Both the position numbers and the translations under genes were made by a program. From Camelus ferus (lineage: Eukaryota), in the NCBI RefSeq assembly GCF_009834535.1, contig NC_045696.1:104658001-104722000 (forward strand): a DNA stretch of 64,000 nt, in the 5' to 3' direction. Of the stretch, positions 13,390 through 26,530 are shown in pieces; position 1 is the stretch's first letter, and every line of letters begins with the position of its first letter. Below the pieces are notes generated by a model. It ran no database searches, had not been told where the DNA came from, and worked only from the letters and a program-made list of their open reading frames with translations.

Positions 13390-13545
13390 GTCTCACAATT
13401 CCTGATTCTCTCCACTTGCATGCATGGTAGACACTGCTAATTGATCATGATGCTGTTCCCTACTGAGCCCATGTCAGCCTTGGAATTCTCTCCAACCAAT
13501 GCTCCAGACAATAAGTAACAATCAGAGTTGGCACATGAAAAGCCA
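13390..13545. mobile_element. hAT-Charlie-type DNA transposon fragment (family uncertain)
   Basis: catggtagacactgctaattgatca...ctgagccc...aatcagagttggcacatga resembles recalled MER102-like consensus. Confidence 0.4.
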
Positions 13546-14077
13546 CAGCTCTCTTCATGGTCTCCACAGAGCTAAAGACAAATCAGTGTAACACCCACAG
13601 CCAAGCAGAACAACCATGGACCTACGAACTGGGTCTACTTACACTCAGTGTGAAGGACGATCACTTGTTAGACTAACCAACAGCCTATGCGGTGACCCTT
13701 AGCCCAATACTAAATTGTCAGAGCTTTAATTGCCTGCCACAAACCAGACAGATGAAACGAAAACATAGCAGTGGAAATCCGGACACATTTTCATGTATTC
13801 AGCCTCCACTCAAGGCAGAACAATGTACATAAAAGAAATGATGAGTTTGAGCAATCAGTATGTAAACAGGGTACCAACAGATACATCTCTGAATTGCTCT
13901 CCAGGAGCTGAGAACAGGGAATGTTCCTTAGGCATTATGCACACATGTGGGCAAAGCCAAGCATTTCTTACACTTATAAGAAGACCAAAACTACTTTCTT
14001 ATAAATGAACTCAATACCTTTCCAAGTTTGCTGTGGTTGTTTTGGATCTCACTGTTAGGTTTCGATGTCCAATGTTG

Positions 14078-14178
14078 TCTTTCTCCCTCCCTCCCTCCCT
14101 TCCTTCCCCCCTCCTTTCCTCCCTTCCTTCCTTCCCCTCTCCTTCCCTCCTTCCCCTCTCCTTCCCTCCTCTCTTCCG
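14078..14178 (+). repeat. Polypyrimidine (CT-rich) low-complexity tract
   Basis: About 100 bp of C/T only (ccctccctccctccttcc...). Confidence 0.95.
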
Positions 14179-15254
14179 CCCATTTACACTTCTATTGGTT
14201 CCATTCACCTATAAGATTAAGAATTTAGGGGCATCTGCTCAGGGAGCCCCACTTTCTCTTCGGTCCCTCTGGAGACGGGGAAAATTTAAGGAGAAAAGGC
14301 TTGGGGGTGGGGGGGGCGGGGCAGCAAGCCAATACTAGGGACAGAGAGAGGGATCAGACAGTAGGATGATGGATAAAGGCACCCTCAGCAATCCAGCACC
14401 CCTGGGTCTGGCATTAGGCTCTTGAAGGGTGTCTGGTGTGGTCCTGGAAGGTTTCTTTGGAATGCCCATGAATCTCAGTGGGTCTGTTGTAGCCGGCTGA
14501 GCAGGGGCAATACAATATTGATGTCTGTGCCAGCCATGCCCACCTAGCCAGGGGCCCAGGAACCCCAGAGCCTAGTTTTCCCAGCGCAGCAGTGCTTTCT
14601 GAATTGATTGCTGTGGACCACAGGAGGGAAACTCAGATGGGCACAGATGCCCGTCTAATTTTCCTGAGCCTCTAACCCTGACGATCTCTTTGATGTGTAA
14701 CATTCTTGCTGACTTACAAACTTCCCTCCTCAGAGCTCTGTGTGGGAGTGGGAAGCATGAAGAAAATCTAGTCCTTACCTACAAAACCCAAAACACTGAT
14801 GGTTTTTTTTTCTTCCAGAGAAAACTGGCTTTTATTTCGTATCTGCAGCAGGAGACTCACTTTTAAAAGTGAGTGCCGATGGAAAGTACATTCAAACTGC
14901 ACTTAATCACTCTCAACGGGGACAGGCTAGCCCAAGCAATTGCCTTTTTTTGGGGGGGACAAAAGCTTGTTTTCTTGACGGTTGGTTTCCAGGGCCTCGG
15001 GTGGCCCACACACAGCTTACAACTTTGACCCCCTGGAGACGGTGTGGTGCCCCTGCTTCTCTGAGCCCTGTCGGCTCTGCTGAGAAGCTGTTAGTTCACA
15101 TTTTCTTTTTCATACTACTGTCTGAGCCTTCGGAGGGGACACTGGCCTAGGGCTCCTCCTCTGGGCTGCCTCAGCCCTTGTGAGCATCAGCAGCAGAGAG
15201 CATCTCCAGCCTGGAGCTGTCTCTGCTTCCAGATCTGTCCCCCAGCAAGGAAGG

Positions 15255-15462
15255 CTAGTGCAGAATCATGGTTGAGGGCCTGAGAGTCTTCAACTCCACC
15301 CTTTGGACCTGATTCCTGGCTGTGCAAGTTGTCTAACTTCAGGTACTTCTTCTAAAAAGTGACATTAATAACAGTACCTCCTCATAGAGTCACTGTGGGG
15401 ATGAAATGGACTACAAATGTGCTCGACGATGCCCAGCATACACCCAGCACTCTCTAAGTGTT
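15255..15462 (+). mobile_element. MIR SINE relic
   Basis: taataacagtacctcctcatagag...ggatgaaatg...gcccagcatac. Confidence 0.6.
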
Positions 15463-15545
15463 GGGGGTGGAGAGGCAGGAATCAAAGATATGACCTCCTC
15501 GGGGGCAGGGCTTTCAGCCACCTCTGTGATCTCAGTATCAAGTCT

Positions 15546-16079
15546 TGTAATAGAAAAGAACAAATCTGACTCCATATTAGATCTGTTCCTTTGACTTTAA
15601 CCCTGTGCTCTGTTTCCTGGGCTTAGTCTTGTTGATTCTTCACATTTTGTAAAAGAACGTTGCCTAGAGCCTTAAGTATACAGGACAGCATATTCTCAAG
15701 GCTCTGACCTTTAAGGGTCTTAACACTTTCCATTCATATAAAGATAAGTTGCAGAATAGAAAATAATGTTTGTTTTGTTGGGGGTTTATAGGGACACCAT
15801 GATCTGACCCACATGGACAGCTGCAAGAACAAAGGATTCCAAGAACAAATAATTTCTACACCAAGAAGTTTGCAACAACCAAGCACACCCCCTCCCCTTT
15901 TTAGTATAAAAGGAGCCTGAATTCTGACTTGGGGAAGATGGTTCTCCAGGACACTAATCTGCCATCTTTTCTATCCACCGGCTTTCAGAATAAAGTTGCT
16001 ATTCCTTGCCCCAACACCTTGTCTCCTGATTTACTGGCCTGTCGTGCGGCGAGCAGGACAAGTTTGGATTTGGATAACA
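15546..16079 (+). mobile_element. ERV1-class solo LTR, 534 bp
   Basis: Ends TGTAA...TAACA. 4-bp TSD gtct at 15542-15545 and 16080-16083. TATAAAA at 15905-15911 and AATAAA at 15989-15994. Confidence 0.88.
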
Positions 16080-16355
16080 GTCTGACACAGAGAAGGCTCT
16101 CAATAAGCGTGTGTGGAAGCATGCCCGTACGCTCAGGTCTGTCCCACTGGCCGCTTTCCCTGTGAACAGCCATTGTTGAACGAGAATCACCAGTTCTTCC
16201 GTTGCCTGCAAAATCTCTGACAAGTTCTTACTTTCTTCTCTTTCTGTCTGATGATCCTGGGGTGCTTCCCTAACAGGCTAGAGAGGATCTCTTGCTGGCA
16301 GGTCAATGGAAGGCAGTGCAAGGAAATCATTCTCGAAGGGGATCGTCATCAACCG

Positions 16356-17014
16356 TAGTTGATTCTCACTATTTGCAGGAGTTATAGTCACCACAAATAC
16401 TGAATTGGTAAATACTGAATCATTGTCCTCAGGGGAAACCCAGGGTTAGGTTCCTGAGATTCTCTGGTTATAACATTTCATCCACTGATAAATATGTAAA
16501 CTTGTTTTAGATATGTTTTGGCCAGACACCTTATTTAATATATTGACATTGTTAATCATTGATTAATATTGACCTCATGGCCAACAGCACTAGACCTTGT
16601 ACCTCAAAGAAGTTCATCCAACAAAAGTGTTTTGTCTATAAGGCACATCACAGCTGCCTTGTGTTTAAGAGCACTAGACAGCATTTCAACACCATGCTTG
16701 GAGGCCATTTTAAATAGCAGAACCACCAACAAAAAGCACACACACACACAAAACCCCAAAAAACTCCACAGCACTAAATCGACCATGAAAAGGAAACATG
16801 TTTACAGGATGAGCTGAAACAAGAAGGCAGAGCATTGCCTTGTTCTGCCTGAGCTGGAAACGAGTGCATTGGGCAACTCAAATTTTTGTCACTTTGCACA
16901 CACTACAAATGACCATGAAAGCACTTTGAGTATTGATGTTGGGATTGCAAATACTTTTTAGCAAGTAGGTGAACTCACAAATATGGAATCTGTGTGAATG
17001 ATGAGGATAGACTA
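16356..17014 (+). mobile_element. MER82-like Tigger/TcMar non-autonomous DNA transposon, near full length
   Basis: Imperfect terminal inverted repeats tagttgattctcactatttgc and gtgaatgatgaggatagacta. Internal aatactgaat...aggggaaacccagggttaggttcctg. About 660 bp. Confidence 0.75.
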
Positions 17015-18559
17015 TATATGATCATAAAATATGGAAGGAAAATGCTCAGTTTGGCATTTGTAACAAATGCCTGTAAACTGTGGCTTCAAGTGTTCTCAGG
17101 CTGTCAAGTTCAGCTTTAAATTTTCTTCTAGTGATGTTTCTCTTTCTTAGAATCATCAGTGAATAGATAATATGAATGTTTCATTGTTCTAATAAGGGAT
17201 GGAAAGAGGTGTCTTTCTTCATCTCAAAGGCCAGCCCCACCACTCACATGCTGAGTCTGATCACCATTTGCCTCCATCCCAGCCATCAGCCCCTCGTGCT
17301 GCCACGTTATATGTTTTTCATACTTTGCTGGATCATTTCCAATGGCAAATAAACATGCACAGAAACAGAGTATATATATAAACACAATTATCCCACAAAA
17401 TTTTGACTATAATCTCCATTTTATAAATCAAGAAACCGAACCTCAGAGAGGTTAAGAAACTTACTGAGGTCACAAAGCTAATCAGGCAGAACAAGGCAAC
17501 TCTCAACGCTACAGTTTTTATATAACATGATGTTAATTAGCTTGGGTGTAGGGTTGACCTTGAGAAAACACTCAATATCAATGAAAACCAGCAGCGCAAG
17601 CTCTAAAGACGTTCTGATGGCTAAGATGAGCCCTAAAAGATACATGGAATTAATACACAATTACCAAAGGGATTGACCCAAATGTGAGTCAATAGTATGG
17701 TATAGACACCACATTTGTGAGGTTATTCATTTACTGCCAAGGACACGTCTGCATGTTGCTTAGTGCTTCCCTACATAAACAGTCATGGTGTTACATGCAT
17801 ATCATGACTTTCATCAATGAGAAAGCCGATACTGTGAGCAGGTTTTGAAAATAAAGATAATTACACAGAAGACCCTTCTTAAGCACTCCTTGTCATCAGA
17901 CAGCTTCTAGTAATCACATGGCAAATGTCAGAATAATGGAAATTTCCAGCATTCTGTTAAAACCCAAAGAGGTCTTGCACCCCACAGAAAACTCAAAGCT
18001 CAAAGATATTAAGATGGAAGTTTCCACAAAAGACATTAACAGAATTTTTTTAAAAAAATGATGAATAGAGAGGAAGTAATGGAATTTAACTGTAAGTAGA
18101 AAAATTCATCCTCACTTCAGGTTTGAAAAGAACACATACCACAGCAGCGAATGGGAAATGACAAACTTCCCATCAGAAACATGACTTTTCATTCTCATTG
18201 TGGTGCATTTACAGCTTTTCCAAGGATTTGACTAAAGAGGGACAGACGAGGAAAAAAGGAAAAGACAAATGAATTGGAAATGACCTCATCTATTATCTAT
18301 GGAGAAAATAATGCCTTCCCAAAGCTGGGCCATGGATTAGCTGTCAAATAAAAAACCTGTATATAAATACTTGACCTTAGCACACAGCATTAAAGTAATT
18401 TCAGCTACATACATCCATGGGGAAGTCCCTGCTTAGGTGGAATAAGCAAGTGGGTAGAAGACAGAGGTCTCCCACTGGCCTTTCTTTTCCTGATCTCAAG
18501 CTCTGTTTAAATAACTTTACCAAAGGGAGCCTGACACAATAAAAGGAGGCTGGAAACTA

Positions 18560-19110
18560 TGAACAGAGAATGTGTAAAAGAAGAAATTAAAAATGTGGTT
18601 AAGCATTGGGGAAAGTGCTCCATCCATACTTAAAGAATAACAAATTAAAACAAAGATGAGATCATTTTGTGACCAACAAAGGGAAAAATATATAATAATA
18701 TCCAGTGCTGGCAGAATCTGTGAAAGGGAGAGCACCTGAACACTGTGAGTGCGAACGAGAAATGACAAATCTGGAAAGAATACACGTGGAGAGTCTTAGA
18801 AATGTATGTGTCCTTTGATCCAGCAATTTGTCTACTGGGACTTCATCTGAAGGAAAGAATCTGAAATGGAGGGTGATATTTCGGCACAAAAGTGATGACT
18901 GTAATACTCTTAAAAATATTTATGTTTATATCTGCAAAGATTTGGAAACCATTTACGTGCTCAACAGCAGGAGGGTTGTTAATTAAATTGTGACACGTCT
19001 ATATGTCAGAACAGTTTGCAGCCATTTAAGAACACATTTTCAAGACATTTTTAATGGCTTGGGAATATTTAATATTATATGGGAAAATCATTTTGTACAT
19101 AGAATGTGAT
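18560..19110 (+). mobile_element. Ancient L1 (L1ME-like) 3' fragment
   Basis: Degenerate caaattaaaacaaagatgagatcatttt, cctttgatccagcaattt, ttggaaacc...tcaacagcagg. Confidence 0.65.
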
Positions 19111-19115
19111 CTCAT

Positions 19116-19118
<3 letters not shown>

Positions 19119-19170
<52 letters not shown>
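19119..19170 (+). repeat. (CA)n microsatellite, about 25 units
   Basis: Perfect dinucleotide run. Confidence 0.98.
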
Positions 19171-19173
<3 letters not shown>

Positions 19174-20414
19174 CACACACAAAGCACTGGAAAGAAATAG
19201 GCTGTAACACCAACAGTGCTGGCCAGCCCATGCCAGCGAGACAACCAGCGATTTTAATTTTCTTCTTCATAAACAACTGAGCAATAACAGATTTAAAATA
19301 CAAGAAGATATTCTCATGACACTTATGATCTATAGTAAATCCTTCCCATCATTTCTCCAAGTAACATAAGGCCTTTCTCATTACACAGGCAGACCATGTT
19401 ACTGTTGATTATGTCTCGTCCACTGGATCATGGTTTTGTACTTATCACCTCAACACCTTCCCCCATTAAATCATTTTCATCCCCTAAGTGATCCCCCAAG
19501 ACTCTTCCTGCAGTGTGCACTGAGGCCTATGTTCTGGAGCATATGCTGAACTCTTATAGAGCCTTTCCTTAGTTTGATGCATCTTTAGTTTCAAAGTTTG
19601 AAACTGATCCTCTACAGCCTTTGTCAGCGATTTGAATTAGGGAACATTGAATTCAGTTTCATGAATACATTCATTTATTTCAAAAATATTTACTAAGCAC
19701 CCACTCCATGCCTTTCTACATCACACATATTGCTCTCAAAAGCTCCCTGTGCATTAAGCTCATCACCCCAGCCACACCCGGGAGTGTGAAGTCCAACTTC
19801 CTGTACAGAGCATGGAGTTAGGCATAGAGCAAAAACATGCCTGGTGTGTGCTTGCTTGGAGAGACATCCACTTTCTACATCAGAATGCAAATTAAAAGCT
19901 AACAAACAGTGCATTACAAATGTCATGCAATGGCTCTGATATTTTAGTTAATGCTATTTATTTGGCTGGTTTTCTGTTGGACTGGATGGAATAGAAGCCT
20001 TAAACAATCAAAAACTTTTAACAGAGCGCAGCCAAATTCTAAAAAGAAGCACTGCTAAGTCCTTAGAAACACTTCTTTCCTAGAATGTCAGATCCAACAC
20101 ATGTTCTTCTAGGATGTAAAACAGGGAAGACAGAGAATGGACAGTCCAACCTAAAACTCTTACTGAGGGATGCCAAGGCAAATAACCACTTCTGTGCTCC
20201 TACTTGGGCCCCAGCAGAGTGATGGCACTTTCTCATTTCATGTCATTTCATCTGCACAAATAACCCAGTGATACTGATGTGATGATACTCTTTTGACTGA
20301 GCTCAGAGAGGTGAAGTGTCAGACTTCCATTCACATGTTGGAACAGGTTTCAACCATTCCAGTACATATTTCCCTTTAGGAACCAGTTTGATCGTGAATT
20401 AAAAACAGCATCCT

Positions 20415-21636
20415 GAAGCAAGATGGAGGAGTAGAAGGACACTTGTAGCTCACCCTCTCCCACAAATTCACCAAAACTCACATCTACGGACCTACTCAGC
20501 CAACCAGAGCACCTGCTGAACTCCAACAGAACATCGCCCTTGTCAAAAGACAAAGACGCCAAAAATCTGGTAGGAGAAAAGGAAAAAAGAAGGAAGAAAA
20601 AGCAAAACAGTGCAGGACCAATTCCGTGGGGAGGGAGCGGCAAAGGAAGACTGGTGCTCGTTCGCTGGGTCTCCCCTCTCCAACAGAGAGGCCAGCGGGA
20701 CGGTGGGAGAGACTCCGAGGCTCAGATCTGCCCTGAGCACCCCTTGACTGACAGAACTGAGTTAAATGGGCACAAAGGGTCCCTGTGACACCCAGCCCAA
20801 GACGCGAGCCAGCAGCTGCGGATGGGACAGGCCGCCCGAGCCAGGTGGAGGATGGGGGTGGCTGCATTGAGGCAGCCCTGGGGGACTGCAGGGTGCTGTG
20901 CACTGTGGCTGGAAGGAGATACGGAGCAGAACAACCTCAGTCCCCCATAAATTGCGAAAAAAGCAAAGCAACACAGCTGGTGTGCCCTGGGGGGAGGGGC
21001 GCCATAGCCTTTGTCTCCTCAGACCTGCACCGCCATTACTGGTGCTTCTTGCGAGAAGAGATGCGGGGTGCAGCCACAGCCACCATCTCCTCCTGTGCAG
21101 CACCCGGGCAAGGGCAGGGCTGGGGCTGAGCCCTGAATCCGCGCCCAGGGGGCTCAGCAACCTCCTGGGCAGGACTGAGACTTGTTTACAGCCCAAGGCA
21201 GACAAGATCTTTCTGCCCTGGCACCTCAGAGAACTCGCACTGCCAAGACAAACAAGAAGCTGAGATTTGGCACAGAGCAGGGTGGGGCCGTTCCATGGTC
21301 TTCCATGTACCCGCCTTTGGAGTGCTGACCCAAGGTGGAGTGGGCAGCTGCATAGAGCAGTGGAGCAACCGGCGCCTGGAGAGGGCAGGTAGCCACTCGC
21401 CTTCCTGGCAGGAATGCAGCACCTGACCATGGTGTTGGGATGGGGCGTGACCTGCTAGCCAACAGCCACTGGGAGCAGCACAGACGAGGGTGCCAACAGA
21501 GGGCCTCAGGAAACAGCAAGCTGAGTTGGCGAAATAGGGCGAAGGCACAAAGACCTCTCAATAAAATCATTAAGAGCACACCACCTCCAGGAGAACTAGA
21601 TAACTGATACTCCTTAAGCCACAGTGCCAGAGAGAT
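20415..21636 (+). promoter_or_regulatory. L1 5' UTR / internal promoter
   Basis: About 1.2 kb GC-rich segment between the TSD and the ORF1 ATG. Begins with caagatggagg, a variant of the YY1-type caagatggc motif at L1 5' ends. Confidence 0.7.
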
Positions 21637-22537
21637 ATGAGCAATATGAAGAAGCAGAAGAACCACTCCCAATTGAAAGATCAAGAGAAATCCCCTGAAA
21701 GCATGATCAAGGAAATAGAAATTGATGGCCTACTAGATCAAGATTTCAAAAAAGGAGTGATCAAAGTACTGAAGGAACTAAAAGAAATAGTGTTTAGAGA
21801 TATAAAATATGTCAAAAATGAAATAGAAGCTATAAAGAAGAAACAAGTAGAATTAGTAAACTCATTTGCTGAGATGAGAGCTGACCTAAAGGCTGTACAA
21901 AGCAGGCTAGCTAATGCAGAGGAACGAATAAGTGACCTAGAAGACAGGACAACAGAAAGCACCCAATCAAAACAGCTGAGAGAAAAACAAATAAAAAACA
22001 ATGAAAACAATATAAGGGGCCTATGGGATAATATAAAGCATGCCAATCTACGCATAACAGGGGGTCCAGAAGGGGAAGAAAGAACAAAGGGGATTGAAAA
22101 GGTATTTGAAGAAATCATGACTGAAGACTTCCCAAACCCAAAGAAGGAATCAGATATCCAAGTACAGGAGGCTCAGAGGGTCCCGAACAGGAAGAACCCA
22201 AACAGACTCACACCAAGACATATCATAATCAAGATGGCCAGAGTCAAGGATAAAGAAATGATCCTAAAGGCAGCAAGAGAAAAACAAAGAGTGAGTTACA
22301 AGGGAACTCCCATAAGGCTTTCAGCTGATTTCTCTACACAAACACTACAGGCCAGAAGGGAGTGGCAAGATATATTTAAAGTCCTGAATGAAAAAAAGAT
22401 GCAGCCTAGGATACTTTATCCAGCAAGGCTATCCTTTAGAATAGAAGGAGAGGTAAAGAACTTCACAGACAAGCAAAAACTAAGAGTTTAGCAACACTAA
22501 ACCCATGCTAAAAGAAATATTGACAGGCCTACTCTAA
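21637..22537 (+). pseudogene. L1 ORF1p (coiled coil, RRM, C-terminal domain), open for 284 aa, with a frameshift near 22483
   Basis: Motifs LWDNIKHANLRI, PRHIIIKM, ILKAAREK, GTPIRLSADFS, ARREWQDIF, RILYPARLSF. The expected tail EFSNTKPMLKEILTGLL* continues in another frame to TAA at 22535-22537. Confidence 0.93.
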
Positions 22538-23834
22538 ATAGAAAAGAAGCAAGATGCTACAAAAATGAGAAACTCACAACTGGAAAGGAGATAACTGCCA
22601 TGAATTACAAAAAGAATAAACACAAAATTGTAAAAGAAGACATCTAAATCATTAAGAGTGGGAGAGGGAAACAAGGAAAGCCACTGTGGAAAACAGTATG
22701 GATATTCCTCAAAAGACTAGGAATAGACTTACCATATGACCCAGGAATCCCACTCTTGGGCATATATCCAGAAGGAACCCTACTTCAAAGACACCTGCAC
22801 CCCAATGTTCATAGCAGTGCTATTTACAATAGCCAAGACATGGAAACAGCCTAAATATCCATCAACAGATGACTGAATAAAGAAGATGTGGTATATTTAT
22901 ACGGTGGAATACTATTCAGCCACAAAAACTGACAACAGCCACAAAAAACGACAACATAATGCCATTTGCAGCAACATGGATGTCATTCTAAGTGAAATAA
23001 GCCAGAAAGAGAGAGAAAACTACCATATGAGATCACTCATATGAGGAATCTAAAAAAAAAAAAAAAAATACAGAACAGAAACAGACTCATAGACACAGAA
23101 TACAAACTTGTGGTTGCCAAGGGGGCGGGGGGTGGGAAGGGACAGACTGGGATTTTAAAATGCAGAATAGATAAACAAGATTATACTGTATAGCACAGGG
23201 AAATATATGCAAGATCTTGTGGTAGCTCATAGCGAAAAAAAATGTGACAATGAATATATATATGTTCATGTATAACTGAAACATTGTGCTCTACACTAGA
23301 ATTTGACACAACATTGTAAAATGACTATTACTCAATAAAAAAATGTAATTAAAAAAAACAGCATCCTTATGGCTGCTTTTTGGAGCAGCATGGGGCAAAA
23401 TGAAGTTTAAGGTCCACCTTCCTTGAAAAAGGGGTAGATACCTGCATTTTTGAAATGAGAGGTCCCAGTGCCTAGGATAGGACTGGGCAAGGAGGCTCTT
23501 GTGGATATATTTGGGGAAAGGTCTCTCTTGTCTTCAGCCGTTATACCAAGGGTTAACTTTGACCTAGAAAAAGACTTGTCATCTCATAAGACATCACATC
23601 AGCAAAATGTGGAGAAAGGGAATATTTGAGTTGGCAGAGATCTGACTCATATGCACTGAAATCAGGTTTCCAGATTCAGACTTTAAGAATCTTAAAGGTT
23701 TCCAAATGTCCAAATGTCCTGGGTTCTCTGGCTCCAGTAATTTCTGTTCTTCAAGTTTGTGCTGTAGTTGAAAAAAGAGGAGTCAAATCCCTGGTTATGT
23801 GTCAAGTTTCTGAGAACCAATAAGCACATGGCCA

Positions 23835-23970
23835 GTGAGAGCTGAACATTTCTATGTCCCAGTTTTCTCACGATAAACTGGGGATAATGGTCTCTGCCTC
23901 ATTCACAAGGATGACATGAGGACCACATGGGATCTATCTGAAGGCTCTTCATAAACTTAGAGACATGAAA
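23835..23970 (+). mobile_element. MIR SINE relic
   Basis: cccagttttctcacgataaactggggataatgg. Confidence 0.55.
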
Positions 23971-25787
23971 AATACTCTATGTTCTTAAGCTATTTTAAAT
24001 CACAGTCTTTGCAATTTTATGAATGACAAGGATCTGCTTCCCATAAAAATGTACAAATGCACACATACAAAAATTGTAACCACAATTACTTCAGACAGTT
24101 CACTGAATTCCTGCAGCCACGATGAGTCCTAGATTGAGAACCTTTCTTGTAAATTAGTTATGGGAAACTCTCATAAAATTCCTCCTCGTGGGGCCCAAGA
24201 GCTCATCACCCCTTTATACAATAATTTTTCCTTCTTGCAGGAAGCCAAGAAGATTATTCCCACCTCTTAAACAAGGTTTCCAAGGATCTGCATCTCTTCT
24301 CAAAGTTGTCACATATTTGTCACAAGTGGTGAGAACACAGGAAGTCTACAAATACCTTGTGAAGAGTCCCTCCTTACTCATTTTAGGATTTCTAGAAAAG
24401 AGTGGAGAGAGATGTGCCCAAACTGAGTAAGGGACCCACAATTTCTTCCCCAAGGATAGTTCCAAAGGAGGTGGAACAAGGCTCCCTGACTGCTGTGAAA
24501 AGTTACCCAGCTGCCCCCAGCAAAGGCCTACCCATGCCTCTGAGCAGAACTGACAGCCTACTGCCAACACCAAGCATGGGGGCTCTGATCCCAGAAGTGT
24601 CGATCACTCAGTCAAGGATTCCCACATCTGTCAGGGAGACGACATGGCAACAGTTGTGTCTAGATGATGCCTTACCCATGAGAAAATAATGAAGACTGAA
24701 ACCCTGGGTAGGTCCTTGTCTTCCAGGATCCTGAACTTTCTACCTCCTTGTAATGAAAAGAATTCAGCTGAGGTCTGTCCTGGAGAAAGGAGCCATCCCG
24801 TGTTCTGGCTGATCTGACAACAGCCTCTCCACTTCCTGGTCCTGGCCGTGTTCTTTCTTAGTCCGTACACCCTTCCCTGGGAGGAAAGGCTGGAATGCTG
24901 CGCTATCAGAGGCCCCTGCTCACACTCTCCCTGCCCACGCTGCGCTCTTTTGAAATTTTTAAGTGAGTTATAAAAGAGCAATTATACACATCTGATTATG
25001 TAACATCATAAACAAATGTAGCTGCTGCCAACACTAATTAGGAACATCAACTTCTCAGGCGCCACGTACATGGCGCCCTTGAGCTCAGAGAGGCTGACAA
25101 CAGGCTTCCTGGGTGTGGGGACAGCTCCTGTACCCATGGAGGTAACCCCTGTGCTGCGCCCTCTCAGCCACTGACGAACCTGGCAGCGGCCACAGCCGAG
25201 TTCAAGTGCTGAACTTGACTAGCCCCCATCTTACTCCCACGTTTTGCCCATGATCAAGACTTGCCGACTCTGTCTTTGCAACTGTAACTTTGTCATCTCC
25301 CATCTGTCTTTTGCTCTTTATCCCTCTGCCTTGACCTTGGGTAGGGCTCCCACTGACCCTTGCCTGGTGGACCTGGACTGTACAGGGAGTAGGAAGGATC
25401 TCAGCGATCAAACTCGCATGTGTGTGAAAAGTCTGAGGCAGGAATGCACATCTGGCCAACAGTGAGATAGTTTAGACTGGGGCTGGGGGGAGAGCCAGGG
25501 ATTGATGTTAACCTGGCACAGGTGGCCTGGTCTCCCTGGCTCCCCCAGAGACACATGGCCAGCAGATCCAGCCATCACTGGCTTTCATACAATGGGCTGG
25601 GTCAAGGCTGAAGAGATGCCTGCTGGCTTCCTCAGCTGCCTACATATCCCTTCAAGTCTCTGAGCCCCCATTGCTACTCCCTTGAACAGCACAAGTCATC
25701 AGCTCAACAAGACACATCTGGGCAACACACTGTCCTAACTTGCTTACACCTTCTAGAATTGTGTTCCTCCTTCTCACAATCCTCTGC

Positions 25788-25950
25788 AGGCATGCTTCTC
25801 AAACTTGCACGTAATCCAGATGACCCAGAGAGCTTAATAAGCAGATTCTGACTCAGTAGGTCTGGGTGGGGCTGAGGCACCGCATTTCCAACAAGCCCCT
25901 AGGTGAAGCCAGTGTTGCTGGTCTGTGGACCACACTTTGACTAGTGAGGG
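25788..25950. mobile_element. MER5A hAT-Charlie DNA transposon
   Basis: gcttctcaaactt...gattctgactcagtaggtctgggtgggg...gctggtctgtggaccacactttga. Confidence 0.8.
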
Positions 25951-26049
25951 TCTCTGAGCACTGGTTTGGGATCTCCGGCAAGAGTGGACCCCTCACATCT
26001 TTACTCAGGATGGGTTTCAAGCCTTGGGTTCCATTCTAGAAGTTGCTCC

Positions 26050-26530
26050 GTCTTTTCCCCCACAGTCCACTACGCCTTCCTCTTAGTCTCCTTGTCTCTG
26101 ATCCACTCTCATCCATCCCTGCTCCTCTCGATTCTGTTTCCAAGGTTTTCTTTACATATAAAAGCCATGTCTCATTCCCTTGCTTAAGATTCTTCCATAC
26201 CTCTCCACTGTGTTTAGAAACCATTTTCTTAGTGTGGCATCTGGGGCTCATTATAACCTAGGCTGGGGGCCCCCACTGTGCTCTACACTGAAACCTCCTC
26301 TTTCCAGCCTCCCCATCTCCACCAAAGCAACTCTTACTCCTTCCCAGCACATCTCCACTGCCTCAGAGTGCTACGTCTGTTCCTTCGTGTTGTCTGCTTA
26401 CTTCTTTGTTTCCCTCACTTGACAGAGCTCCATGAATGCGGGAGCTGGGTGTCCTTTCCATCAGGTACACAGGGTACTGTTGACAGCACAGATCACGGGG
26501 CTTGGCTCAAAGAAGGTGCTCAGTAACTCT
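26050..26530 (+). mobile_element. L2 LINE 3' relic
   Basis: catgtctcattcccttgcttaa...gagctccatga...cttggctcaaagaaggtgctcagtaa. Confidence 0.55.

Larger units (their letters stand above)
20415..23353 (+). mobile_element. LINE-1 with complete 5' and 3' ends but an internal deletion of most of ORF2
   Basis: 14-bp TSD aaaaacagcatcct at 20401-20414 and 23354-23367. GC-rich 5' UTR starts gaagcaagatggagg. ORF1 at 21637. Junction at 22680/22681 to the ORF2 3' end, then 3' UTR, AATAAA and A tail. Confidence 0.95.

Noticed and set aside
20496..21684. Overlapping ORFs of 114-222 aa on both strands
   Set aside because: They lie in the GC-rich L1 5' UTR where stops are rare and show no recognisable protein. 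I cannot support an ORF0-like product.
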